Shown here: piece after piece, positions 25,861 to 38,694 of the stretch
Layout: each line of letters opens with the position of its first letter
How positions within the stretch are numbered: position 1 is the first letter of the stretch
From: Cystobasidiomycetes sp. EMM_F5
Lineage: Eukaryota
Length of the DNA stretch: 63,373 nucleotides
Reading direction: 5' to 3'
Assembly: GCA_051047955.1 (NCBI GenBank)
Contig: JBPGPT010000057.1
Span: 1 to 63,373, forward strand
Notes under the pieces: model-generated
Database searches by the model: none
What the model was told of the DNA's origin: nothing
The model's input: only the letters and a program-made list of their open reading frames with translations
Program-made: the position numbers and the translations under genes

Positions 25861-28800
25861 ATGAGCGGTGACCATGCTCAACGCAGACCCGTGAGGCTCC
25901 TCGAGGCGGCGTTGCCTGCTCGAACGCTCGTTGGAGCGCCCGCTGTCGTTCCCCCTCGAAACAGCTCATCGTTCCAGAAACCTGACAATAAATACCTACA
26001 ATATGACGAAGACTATGAGCCATACGTTTATGACGATACTGCTCTTCACCATGACATGACGCACGAACCTGAATATGAAGGCCAGTACAACGACCTAGAC
26101 ATTGATTCTAATGAAGTATACGTGTCCGAGGACGGGAGATACTACTGTACGGCGTATGATGAGACAGGGAACGCTGTTCCATACTACCTCACGCAGGACG
26201 ACTTAGACGCAGCGGGCATCGACACCGAATGGCAGTATGATTCGCCAGGCAGAAAGGGTCAGTACCGCCATTCTAGCTACCACTGTAGAGCATGTCTGAT
26301 ATTCTTTCTCATTGACCAGAACAATCTGGACCGCCCTCTTCTCCCTCGCCCTCCGGACCCTCCGTACAACGAAATAGCACAAAGTCAAATGTGCAGCCGC
26401 ACAGCAAGCATGGGCCCGGACAAATACAGCATTCTACAACACAACTCGACGAAGACGAATTCGATGAGGTGGATGCGGATATGGACTGGGATGCAGTCAA
26501 TCTAGACGTAAATTTGCATGCTCCTCCGCAAAACGCGCTTTCCAGACGTCATCAGCAGCATCAGACCTCGGCGCAGACTGCCAAGTCCGGAGTGGCCTCA
26601 TCTTCTAACCCATCTGGCTCACGGCAACCGGACAGAGATGCAGACTCGAGACATGACAGTGGGTACGGCAACAGGTCTTCTCGGCGCGGCGAGACTGTTA
26701 CCGAGCGAGAAATGGCCATTCGGCTACGCGAAGCTGAGTTGAAACAGCGCGAATCCGAAGTCAGACGGCGAGAGGAAGAAGCGGCGCAGAAAGCAAAAGA
26801 TGCAGCTCTCCACGAACTACAACTGGAAGTCCAACGATTAAAAGAGCAGCTGCGCCGATCCAACGTACAACAACGGCTACAACCGCAACTTCCCGCTGTT
26901 GCTAATGACAATAACTTCGATCAATACAATCATGATGGCCACCGTCAGTACAACGATCCGCTTATGTCGACACCAAGCAATCCCAGCCATAGGTCTCAGC
27001 ACATGATTCCCCAAACGCAGAGCTCAAACATGGCCGACAATGCTGATAATTACAAGCAATCTCATCCTTTTACCGCTCACCCGCAATATTGGACGCCTAC
27101 AGCAAGCTCATCCCAGCCGTACATGCAATCGAATCACTCCCAATCACAAGCTGGTCGACAGCAGACTCAGCAGCGTCAGCTGCCTCCGCAACACCATTCG
27201 AGTGATGCAATGAATGCGCATCAAAGGCCAGACGCACCTGCCCCAACGAGAAACATCAAGCTGGTACCGTTATCAGCCTTGCGTAAGCTTCTTGAGGTGT
27301 CAACTTAGCAATGAAGGCTGCACTGACCGGAACTTCTAGCCGACATTTACCGCTCCCTCTTCAAATTTCCAGTCTTCAATGCTGTACAGAGCTACTGCTT
27401 CGAAGCGGTAGGCAGATTCTGTTGAAGACGCTACAAGTGACTCACAGTATATTCATACAGCTATTTCAAACGGACGAGAATATGGTGGTGAGCGCACCCA
27501 CAGGAGCAGGAAAGACGGGTATGTCTAGAGCAGATCGCTCTTCTATACCAGAGTTTTGTCTGACTGCATACAGTCCTCTTCGAGATTGGTATGCTCCGGT
27601 CGCTGAAGATGGACAAGAAGGGTCAAATGGTTTACCTGGCCCCAACAAAATCGCTGTGTAGTGAGAGAGTCGCCGACTGGTCTCGCAAATTCGCTCCGAT
27701 GCACATACACTGTGAGCGCCAGCCGTTTACAGCGAGGGAGACATATGCTAAGCGCCACTCAAGGCAATGAACTGACGGGCGACACGGACGAGCGGAGCAT
27801 TGCTGCCGCGAAAGAAGCTACCATCATGTGAGTATGGCAATCTGTCGATGAGCTGCAATACTTGACGTGATATGTGACAGCGTAACCACCCCGGAGAAAT
27901 GGGATGTCGTGACTCGTCGCTCAGGCGTCAAGCAATGGTTTCAGAATATCAAGTTGATGTGGTGAGTCTATGCGTATCGCAGCAAATACGGCAAGCGCCT
28001 GATGGATGGTTATGTTAGCATCGACGAAGTACATCTTCTAGCCGAAGAGCGTGGATCAACGCTCGAAGTTGTCGTCAGTCGTATGAAGCGCCTTGCAAAT
28101 CCTCCGCGCTTCATAGCGGTATCCGCCACAATACCGAATATACACGACGTAGGTGTTTGGCTAGGACCGGGAAAACTTCCCGATGGCCAGGAAGCACAGC
28201 GCGATCACATGCATGGCCGTCCTATGGCAAGAGTACGTGCTACATGGTCGCATACTGATAACATCTGAAAGTGAATTCACTGTCAGGTTGGAAAATTCGG
28301 CGATGAGTTCCGGCCATGTCCGCTGAAAAAGTAAGACTTGCTTGTAGCTACATCGTGGAGATGCTGACATCCTTGACGGTATACAGAATTGTTCAAGCCT
28401 ACCCTCGCCCAGCCTCCGGCGATTTCGCATTCGATGGTAGTCTGAACTCTAAGTAAGGCAATACTCGATAATGCTGCCGGATGATGAAGTTTCTGATGTA
28501 GGTGCCAACACGTAGGCTGCTTGACGCAATCTTACAACATGCCGATGGTAAACCAGCACTAATCTTTTGCAGCAGCCGCAGAGGCTGTGTCACAGCAGCA
28601 GAGCAGCTTGCCAAAGGTAGGCATGCCGGGTCTGGGAATCCGCAGTTGCTGATTTGCTTTTCAGACTACCGGGCTGCGAGCGAAAAGAACCGCTTCAAGA
28701 CACCATGGCCCAGACCCGTCAAGTCAACGGCGACATTTGCCGAACCAGCACTAGCCGGTCAGCTTGGTGAAAATCCTCATGAAGTCTTCTGCTAACGCAA

Positions 28801-31800
28801 CGTTATCGCAGATCTCGTTAGCGTTGGTATCGGTGTGCACCACGCCGGTCTGGAGCGCGAAGATAGAAACCAAATCGAAGCTATGTTTCGCGACGGCAAA
28901 CGGCTGCGTGTGATCTGCACGACATCGACACTAGCAGTCGGAGTGAGTCTTCCAACGGCGATATGTTAGCTGCGCTGACTATCATGCTAGGTCAACCTAC
29001 CCGCTCACATGGTCATTATCAAGAACACAAAAGTGTGGGACTCGGCGCAGGTAAGAGTGTGACATTTTATTGCTTTCAAAGTGTCTGATATGCGCACCTT
29101 GAACAGGGCAAAGCTGTGGACTACTCGGATCTGGACATTCTGCAGATGATGGGCCGAGCTGGACGGCCACAATACGATAAAAGCGGAGTTGCCATAATCA
29201 TGTGTACTCTGGAGGACCAAGACAAATACGACAGGCTGATGCATTCAGAAACAATCGTGGAAAGCAGGTGTGTCCGCGAACTGGTACAACGCTGTATCGT
29301 TCTTCTAACATCGCACAAGTCTTCACAAAAATCTCATCGAGCATGTCAACAGCGAGATCAGCATTGGTACCATCAAGAACTTTGCAGATGCCAAGGCATG
29401 GCTTAAAAATTCCTTTTTCCAGTAAGCGGGAACAGGTTTACCATGCGATTGACCAGCTGACAGTGTCTTACCAGCATTCGACTGGAAGCCAATCCTTCAT
29501 ACTATCGTGAAATTGCCGACAATCTTGGTCTAGCTGAGGACGACATACAGCAAGATACAATTCTTACATCCGACGAGAGAGTTTCGCAACTCGTTGACGC
29601 TGCTCTCCATAATCTGCTTAAAGAAGAGTTGGTCATCAAAGAGGATAATGTCACTGGTGTGCTCGCTTCGACAGAGTACGGAGAGATGCTATGCCACCTC
29701 TCCATCCGATTCGAAACATTCGTGCTCATGAAAAGCATTCCTCTTAATTCCAAGATGGCAGTTGTGGTGCGCTGGCTCCGTTCTGCATGTAAATGCTCAA
29801 ACTGATGTGTGTCGAGTAGCTTGACTATATGTGTCAAGCAGCCGAGTTTAAGGACATTCGTTTCCGCGCCGGGGAGAAGAAAACGTACGAAGATCTCAAC
29901 AAGAGCAACAGCATCAGATTTCCACTCGAGAAGGTCGCTGATCCGAAGGACAAGGTCAACATCCTCATTCAGGTACGCGATCCAAGCACCCTTACGGCAA
30001 TCTTGCGCTGAGTGCTACCCTCACTTAGCTCACGTTATCTGGATTACCACCCGCGTCCATCAAGGTCGCCAACTCTAACCCTAGATATGAAGTTCAGGCC
30101 GTACTTCGACAAGCTCCAAGGATTATTACCTGTAGGTTTTGGCTCTTAATCTTCGAGCACGTCTCGCAGTACATACGTCAGAATCACTGACGAGCTGTGG
30201 GCAGGCATTTGCGATCTCGTCATTGGCCGAAAAGATGCTCTTACGACTAAATACGCGTTGGAACTGTATGTCAGTGGCTCTCAGCATATATGCAAGTTTC
30301 TGATGTCGTCCATAAGCGCTCGAGCGCTCGCTGGCCCAGCCTGGGACAACAGCCCCGGCACGATGTTCGTCATAAAGGGCATTGGCATCAAGGTCGGGAA
30401 CGTTGTCATGTTGCCATTCGCAGCCTTACTGAGGAGCCAAATGTGCTTTCCTATAACAGACCATGGAAAGTTTGGCCGCTGCTGGAATACGCTGCCTCAA
30501 AGATCTAATGTCAGCAAGACCAGAAGCCATATCGCTCGCTGACAAAAGCAAACGACTTAAAGGCGCATCAGTGCTGTTGGAAGCATCAAGACTGCCACAA
30601 TTTACGACGTTCTTCAAGATGCTCTCATACGCAGCGCGAAAAACCGGGATTAACGTCAACTTCGAAGTGACTGTAGGCGTCTTGAACGAGGATGTGCAGC
30701 CTGCGAAGTGGGACAAGTACACTATGTCGATACTCACGACTACAAGCGATAACGTAGGAATATAGAATGGGAAAAGGAGCGAGCTAAGAGTTTTACACAG
30801 GTCTGGATTGATGCTCGGTCTATCAAAGCAAAAAAGCTCGTGGCCGACAATGATCGATCTATCTCCTTCGCCCTCGCGGTCACTTTGAGCAAGCCATCAC
30901 AGAAGATAGTATGCACTGTTGCGTGCCAAGAGCTTCGTCAGTCCACCTGAAAGGTATTATTTACTGCTTACTAATTTGCGTTCAATTCGTACAATATCAG
31001 CCGGGCTGACAATCATAACGTCATTTAATCCTGAAATTCCTGGCTCGGCTTTCCCAGTGCCCAATTTTGCACAGAACGGGGTATGTCTGCACTTCTGGCC
31101 AGAAGCTGGGCACCAAGCTGATCCATCCACTGTATCAAATTCTGCAGCTTGAAGATGCGAATGAAGAGACTGAATGTGAGTCAATAGGCTCATGCGATCT
31201 TTCGTGACTGACATACCACCAGCCGTCTATTCGAGGATCGAGGACAAGGACTCAAGGAAATTACCCAACGGCAGATACAGGTGCTTCCACAGATGCCGAG
31301 GAAACTGTTCTCATGAGTGCTGGTTGGTAACAGTGGTGACGCTGAAGAAATATCGATACATCACTGATAGATCGTACAAACAGCCGCGAAGGTCTACCAA
31401 AGCCGCCGAAGCGTAAGAGGAGTCCGCTCGAACACGATGAATCAGATAATAGTGTTACCAAGACTGCTGGGCAAGTGAAGGCAAAGCCGAGGAAATTCGC
31501 GAAGAAGTCGGCACAACAGCAAGCTGTGCTTTCTCCACGACGAAACGGTACAGGTTCCGTAACGGCTACCTCGTCCACTACAAACCCACGCCCAAAAGCT
31601 CGAGACGTGGCCGAAACATTCAGCAAATGCGCTCCAACACGTCCAGTCGGTACGAGCCGTATGTATGGCAACGACAATGACGACGACGACGATGACGACC
31701 TGCCGACTTTGCGGCAGATAGCTGAAGGTACTGTCAAACGAACCAAGCTCAATCCGAAAAGAGTTCGTGCGACGCGTCCCGGCGTTGCTGATTTGCCTGT

Positions 31801-32224
31801 CAGCAAAGCTCCCATCGAAATCGACCTGACTGCCGATTCCGAAACTTCAAGCGAGCCGAAAATCAGTCAGAGTCCAGCTAAACGAAATTTGTCTCAAGAT
31901 ATGCAACGGCACAAATATCAAGCCACGCCTCGTCAAGCCACGCAGCATCGTGTCACTCCTGCCTCCGACGACGATCTTGATCTTCCTGCTCCACTGTCGC
32001 CGTGGCCAGCGAAGCGCAAGCAGACTGCTCAACCGCTGTTCAAAGCCTCGACTCCGACGCAAAAGCCCAATACTCCGCCACATTCGACGAATATCGCTCA
32101 AACATTGGCAGATCCTCTGCCTGAAGTGGGACGTTTTCCTTCCGACGCCGAGTTCGATGCAGAAGCAGTAGCCGCGGAATTAGACAAATGGATTAACAGC
32201 AATGTTGACATTGTGGACGATTAA
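25861..32224 (+). CDS. MER3: Meiotic ATP-dependent DNA helicase Mer3/HFM1
   Basis: FNAVQS, SAPTGAGKT, TTPEKWD, IDEVHLL, SATIPN, HHAGL, TSTLAVGVNLPAH and QMMGRAGRPQYD motifs, a Sec63 region, and a C-terminal CFHRC..CSHECC zinc motif characteristic of Mer3. Confidence 0.92.
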
Positions 32225-32261
32225 AATCAGCAGAGCACGTCTCACTTGTACCAATACAATT

Positions 32262-34254
32262 TCATCGGGGTATAGGCACATGTCTAGCGAAAATGTCATT
32301 GCTCGAAGTCTGACCGATAGCAGCAGAATCCATCGAAGTACGCTGCCTTTGCTTTGCCAGTTCTTCTTGCACGGATGGCTGTTGCGGCTGCAACACATCG
32401 AAGCGTCGCATGACTGTTGCGTTGTCGACGTAGAATGTGAGAGCCTTGTTAGCGGATGCTCACGTTCCGTTGAGCGGTCTACGAATGCTTACAGTCCAGA
32501 TCGGAGGCTCCGTACAGATCCTCGAGTCTTCGTACAGTGTTTTGAAAGGCACTGAGTTGCGCGAATTAGAGCGAAGGTGTCACATATTTCAGTGAACGGA
32601 CATCACCAAAGTTTGATGACAATGACACGTACCTTCGCGAGATTCCGGGAATCGACATTGCAGCCAGGAGAAAGACTTTCCAGTCAGCGGGACGAGGATG
32701 TTTGTTGCCAGTGTCATGTTTGGCTTTTGATGACTCCGCTTGATCTTCCGCAGCGCTGTTCGGCATGTTGGCATGCCTCTCTTGCGACGGTATTGCACTC
32801 GTGACGGTGTCTGTAGTGACTCTCCCACTGACCCAAGGCGGGGACGATCGCGGTCCGATAGGTTTTCGGCATTGCGCTATGTACAAGAGGGTAGACTGAA
32901 GGATCTGTAACGTGTGCATGGTGATCGGTGTTTCCAGGCGTTCAGTATAGTCAAGCAGCAAGTCGTCTGCGTCGAGATATTTTTCACGATACTCCGTACG
33001 CGTAAGGTATGGATTTTGAGCTCTCGCTGCAGCGGTGGACGGATGCCGCAATTTCGCTTTGTCCTTCTGAATTTCGTCTGCGTAATAAAGGTACGAGTCT
33101 CTTAGCGCGCCGAGCTGAATGGGGTGCATTTCCGCTACACTTCTCCTTAGTACACCGCTCTGTTGCAATTGCAAAGTTATGAGCGCGGATATCTCCTCCG
33201 GCAGAGATGGCTGCTTGTGCATTATTTTCGAATCGAAAAGCGCCAGCTGCGGCGAGACAAGCTGTGTGAGGCGAGGAAACAGAGTCCATAAGCAAGCATT
33301 TTCCGCTAGCAAGACGTCCAGATAAGTAAGCTTGGGCAGATCTGTTTTCTGCATTCGTGAGATATCCGGTCTTCTTTGGCGTAGGTATTGAGCCTGAGGG
33401 GAGAACTCCCACCAATAGAGATTCCGTGCAAGATCTGTCGAATCCTCTGCAAATATGCTTGCCAGAAGGCTGGCGTAGTCTGATGTTTCCAAGAAATGTT
33501 GTCCCCTTCCTGAGCGGAGCATCCGCTTAATGGTGTCGGCAGAATTGTTGTCCTTGGGAGTTTCATCTTGGTCAACGTCTGCCTGGTCATCCTCCTCATC
33601 CTCTGACAGTTTCGTATCCGTTTCATTCTTGGGTACCTCCGTTTGAATCGAAGAGGGAAATACGGTCTCCTGTTTGACCTTGCCTTTGCCTTTGAGGTCC
33701 TTCACACCAGCTATTGTGCGCGACTGCAGTCTCAATGGGGCCCATCCGGCGCTCGGTACTTTTGTTGATAGAGCTATCGCCTCGCGACTCTTGCTTCGCG
33801 CTCTTTTCGATGGAGTGACGCTCCGAGTAGTTTGTCTGGAGTAGCGTTGTGAGCTTGTGACGTTCCTGTCCGTTTCCTCGTTGCCGTCACTGCCATTGTC
33901 CGAAGCTATTCTTCGCCGCTTGAAACGCTGGGCATTGTCAATATCCGTGCAATAGCGTTCTCGGCCTGTGGTCAAGTCAATTCCCCTGTTCTTAACTGCC
34001 CATTTGCAGTCCGTCTGGCGTTTCCTGCACTGTATGCAAGCCGTCGTGTAATTGTCGTGCTGTTCGCATTTTGAGCCTACATTGCGACACGGTAAGCATA
34101 TTGCATGCAGGAGGCGTAAAGCTATCGGCGCTTCTTCTATCGTAGAGAGCGTCACGGTTCGGGTATAGCTGGAGCTCTTCGTTGTCGTAGCATCTGAAGG
34201 CTCGGCTGATAGTTCTCTAGACGCTGTTGACCGAGGTATGGCTGAGGGTGACAT
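32262..34254 (-). CDS. Zn(II)2Cys6-motif protein with possible Rrn9-like C-terminal region
   Basis: CLPC-x6-C-x9-CIQC-x6-C in ORF 32566-34320. Two further 3' exons were spliced by hand to a stop at 32262. The start codon is uncertain. Confidence 0.6.
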
Positions 34255-34436
34255 ATCGACGGGAGCAACGGATATGCTCGTCCGGTACTGCTTCTGCTTT
34301 CGAAAAGGGTGCCGCAGCAATGCCTATGTGATTTCAACATGTTTGAGTAAGTAAAAAGACCAGTACTGTATTGCTACTAATAACAACCGAGAACCGTCAT
34401 CGAAATTACGGTTTGAGAGCCAGCTCAAATACGGAT

Positions 34437-35082
34437 CTATTGACTTGCAACAAGTGCTCTTGAAGGCACGTTCGGCTTCAAATATGCCTTACACGCCTTT
34501 GTTACATCCCCTCCGGCTTGCGCGAATATGTCTTTAGCCTCCTCTCTTGACAAGCCAGTCAATTTTATCTGATGACCCTTAAGGATTAGCAAGGACCAAT
34601 GTGCCGGATGCATTTTTAAACACTTACAAACATGTCCAGCTCTTCAGGCGGATATGGTATCGCGTCGGCGTTTTCAGAAATAGATCCAGCAGGTTTATTC
34701 TGACTACTCGACAGACTGGCGTCCTGCGTCGGCTTTAGAACCAGGTCTTGATAGGCTTGTTGAAACTTCTGCCCGTCGTAGCCTTGTTGCACATCGTTGC
34801 TCATCGTATCCACCCATGTGTGAATGACCTGGCAATAATGATTTAACATCAGTATGCAGTCCAGAGCATGACGCCGTTTCCGAACCTTTCCTATCGGTAC
34901 CCTTCGTGCTGGTGCCGATGTAGTTGTGGATGTTGTAGTTGTGCTCGATGCTGTCTTGCTGGAAGTGCCGCTGCTACTAGCTGGAGGTGGTGCGGCTTTC
35001 CCTTTCCCTTTTCTGCACAGATGCGGCAGAAGTCAGTGTCCATCTTGCGAGCTGTATAGGCTCCCGCAACGTACGGCCCCAT
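34437..35082 (-). CDS. HYPK/NAC-alpha UBA-like small protein (4 exons)
   Basis: Splices to MGPKGKGKAAPP...EELDMF(GHQ)IKLTGLSREEAKDIFAQAGGDVTKACKAYL, a UBA-like three-helix pattern. First coding exon is 8 nt. Confidence 0.65.
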
Positions 35083-35348
35083 TGCGTGCGGTGTAATTGA
35101 ATTGTGGTGAAGCTGCCTTTGGCCACCATGCAGACATAGACATCCCGTACACAACGATATAAAAAAAGAAAGCAGTACTGTACACTTGTAAACTAAATCG
35201 TCTGTTGCTGAAAAGTGACAATGTCCTTTCCTGTCCTCGGAGATGCACAACAGCCAAAGCTTCATGTCCAAAAAGCAATGCAATTACCCGATGTCCCTAA
35301 GCCCATCTCTCACACTGGCCCAGTACAGCTAACCCACCTCTACCTAAT

Positions 35349-36140
35349 CTAGTCGTCCACCTCCGCTCGCTGCAGTCTTTCCCAAAACAGCTCGAGGTTC
35401 TGCAAGCTACCGCTCTCGACGTCTCTGTATTCTTTGCTCAATCTTCGCATGCTCCTGCCGACCCTGTCCAGTACGAGGTCTCTCCGCTGCTTCATCTTTC
35501 TATACGTAGGATATAGCTTGTGCGGTTTCAGGTGTGTCATACGGACGCGTGCGATTATCGGCAGGTTTTGCGAGGCAGATGTCGAGCCGTTCGTCTCTAC
35601 TCGCGTACGTCGAGGACTCTGCCTTGTACCGGATGTCAGATGTTCTATACGTTTAGATGGCAATGCTTGGGTCGAGTGCGTCTTCGGAAATGTGATCTTG
35701 AGCGTCCCAAAGCAGCACGGTTCTTCTTGAGCTGCCTGACCGCAAGCATAGCGCAGGATCAGACCGCTGGGATGGTTCTGGTACGATTGATAGCTGTGAT
35801 ATGCAGAATAATACTAAAGTCAGCCGCCCTTGCTTGGTTAGACCATCCTTTCGGCCATTTACAAGAACCGCAAGCCAGTGGTTGCCTGGATCCTGTCGAC
35901 CACAGTCTCGCTGGCCAGCACTCGTCGCCTTATCCGATATTCCGTCTGTTGGCGTAGTTTGTCGTTTCCACTGTCTCGCACCGCATATTCGACAAGTGTC
36001 TCGACCTCTTCCTCCTTCAGACGGGTCTCATGCTCAAAGAGCACCAGCTGAGCATAGAGTGACTCCTTCTGCCCACCAGCGTAGGACTGATTGAGTAGCT
36101 TTTCAAAGTCGGTCAACGTCAAGCCAACAGCAGACGACAT
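35349..36140 (-). CDS. Hypothetical protein with C-C-H-H WRKY/GCM1-like motif
   Basis: Two exons giving TTGLRFFY...LRYACGQ...CCFGTLKITF...VRMTHLKPHKLY. Confidence 0.55.
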
Positions 36141-36942
36141 CAATATATTGGAGCAAGCCAGCCTTATGCTGCATGAATGGTGGATTTCCAAATAAAATTG
36201 CTATACCATTTGAATACCCGGAAAGCAAGCAGCAAGATGCACTAAACCAACAACTGACTGCTACGCGGTATAGCTAACCCTCTGCTGCTGCCTCAACCTG
36301 CATCCCTCCATCATGCTATGGCTCGACATTCAAAATGTGAGTCAGGCACACACTAGGCGTGCCGGTGGTTTCAAAGTGACCTCATTCTGGAATCTCCACA
36401 CAAATTCGCAGCGAAAGCACTCATGACGCTGCCTCACTCTCATCTCTGCACTCTGCCTCATCACGCACATCAAGCGACATCTGTGCTGCGCCTCCTCGCC
36501 AGTCATCGCTCACTTTGTGCTCTGCGCATTGCCATCAGGAGGTCTATTAGCATCCTACGGCGGGAGCGCATAAAGTTCACCCCGTCAGACGGTCACAGAG
36601 TATCGATAGCGCTGCATCTTGGCATCTTATCAACAAGCACAGCCGCATTACAGCCATCGGCAGTCACGGCTGCCATATCGGTATTACACCTTCGCATCCT
36701 AGGCCATTTTATCAAGTTTAGCTTGTTCACCCCCTGTCTCACCGTACCCCCGACAGCATCCAAGGTTCGCCTGGCACAGTAAACAGTTTGCGACCGTGGA
36801 CGCTTATCCGAACCTGGCAACGGTCGGATCACTATCTTCAGTCTTCGGGTACGGTGTCTACCATTCAGGAGACCTCCTTCAATCCAGCTTGTTTCCAGTC
36901 TCTTGTTTCTTGACTGGCTAGTACTGGCCGCGACGCTCAAGT

Positions 36943-38343
36943 ATGACTGCAGCATACCCAATCAACTCAGTCTACCCGGCTGGCAATCCTATCGACACCG
37001 CATCGACAATATCCTTGGAGTCGACTATGGGTGGCGACAAGGCTCGACGACCCTCGACAGTCATCAGACGCAAGCCTGTCCCGCAAATGCTCGAGTCGAC
37101 ATCCCTACTGTCAGAAGCCAAGCCAGTTGTCCCACCCAGAAATGCCGCAAGAAGGCCCTCATTGCCGCTACCTGCAGCTGTGCCGCGAAGGCCTTCTGTC
37201 GTTCCAGAACATCCTCGCGAATTCGAGGAGTGCCTCAACTTTGACGCACCCAGATCTTCCATCAGCGAGGATTTGGTACCAGAGGGAATCCGACGCGCCT
37301 CATCCTCGTCGACCGACAGTTCCGTTAGCAGCGTCTATAGCGAACAAATATTCGATTCACCCGTACTCAACGGCGTCGATGCCACCCTCACGCCTGAGAG
37401 AGATGCTCGTTCGTCATCCCTCGAGACTCTGGAAGATACGCTGAGGACAGATAAGGTCGCATCTGGGAAAATAGTACGTTCGCGCTGTCCGGGTTACGAA
37501 TTTCGGAGGGCCAAACCTGACATACATGAACCTGCTTTGTCGTCCTGGCAGAAGTCACATCTATCGTTAAAGTCGCTCACTTCCCGAAAGCCTGCAGATC
37601 TGACAGCGTCTGGAGTAGCACCCTTCAGTACATATCTACGGCCTAGCGCAGACGATCTGCAGTCCGCTGCCAATTGCACCGTCCTCACAGAGACTGGTAT
37701 GAGCGTCAGGTTCGGAGATCTGTTCAAAGATCGCAAGACAATAGTATGCTTCATACGCCATTTCTACTGCCCCTCTTGCCAAGACTACATGGCTAGCATC
37801 TCGCGCATTACTCCGGCACAGCTGGACGCTCTTGGCCTCAAGCTGATAGTAGTTGGATGCGGTTCCTGGAAGATGATCTCTGGCTACCGAAAGTCACTTC
37901 CTAGTAAACATGCGCACGGCTTTCCATTCCCGATTTATAGCGATCCCACTCGTGCCCTCTATCATCACATGGGAATGAACAAGACCTCCATGTCACCTGG
38001 AAAACGTGGAAACTACATCCAGCACTCGGCAGGTATCAACGTCTACTACTCCATCAAACGAACAATGCCAAACGTTCCGCTGTTTGCAGCCCCGGGCGCA
38101 TTGGGCGCTCTCGGTGGAGAATTCGTCCTTGGACCAGGTGCAAAGACTTGCTCGTATACACACAGAATGAAAGCTACGAGAGAGCATGCAGAGCTGGCCG
38201 ATATTCTCAAAGCTATCGGTGTTACGATACCTGCGCAACTCTACCATCAGATTACGCAACCAGTCAAGACAGTTGCTTCGGCCGGTGAAACGTGGTGCGA
38301 AGCGGACGGAAACGGTGGACAATGTCGACGTGTCTCGGCGTGA
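36943..38343 (+). CDS. AhpC/TSA-2 (peroxiredoxin-like 2C/AAED1 family) thioredoxin-fold protein
   Basis: Single 466-aa ORF with FIRHFYCPSCQDY, IVVGCG, YSDPTRALY, LGGEFVLGPG and HRM..TREH, after a disordered N-terminal half. Confidence 0.85.
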   Translation: MTAAYPINSVYPAGNPIDTASTISLESTMGGDKARRPSTVIRRKPVPQMLESTSLLSEAKPVVPPRNAARRPSLPLPAAVPRRPSVVPEHPREFEECLNFDAPRSSISEDLVPEGIRRASSSSTDSSVSSVYSEQIFDSPVLNGVDATLTPERDARSSSLETLEDTLRTDKVASGKIVRSRCPGYEFRRAKPDIHEPALSSWQKSHLSLKSLTSRKPADLTASGVAPFSTYLRPSADDLQSAANCTVLTETGMSVRFGDLFKDRKTIVCFIRHFYCPSCQDYMASISRITPAQLDALGLKLIVVGCGSWKMISGYRKSLPSKHAHGFPFPIYSDPTRALYHHMGMNKTSMSPGKRGNYIQHSAGINVYYSIKRTMPNVPLFAAPGALGALGGEFVLGPGAKTCSYTHRMKATREHAELADILKAIGVTIPAQLYHQITQPVKTVASAGETWCEADGNGGQCRRVSA

Positions 38344-38694
38344 AGTTTCAAATGTCTTTCCGTTCAAGCTTCTAGTCTGTCAGTCTCTAGTTGCATACAG
38401 TGATTCGAGCTTCGCTGCAGTATTCTCATCGCACTACCTCATGTTTTACCTAAGCGCATGTCGTCCATACTGTGATATGAAGTAGCTTTCTCGCGCATCG
38501 GTCTGTTTCGCATTGTTTCGAAAACTGCCATAAAGATTGGTTTTGACTTCACTCGACCGCGACTCAGGACAGCTCAAACTAGGATACGCCAATCACGCCG
38601 GAAGCTCATCCAACCAAACATAAAGGCTCTTGAATTCTGCTCGAGACTGTAAACGCTTCACGCTGGCCGCCTGCTGTTCTGCTCTTCTTCGAGC

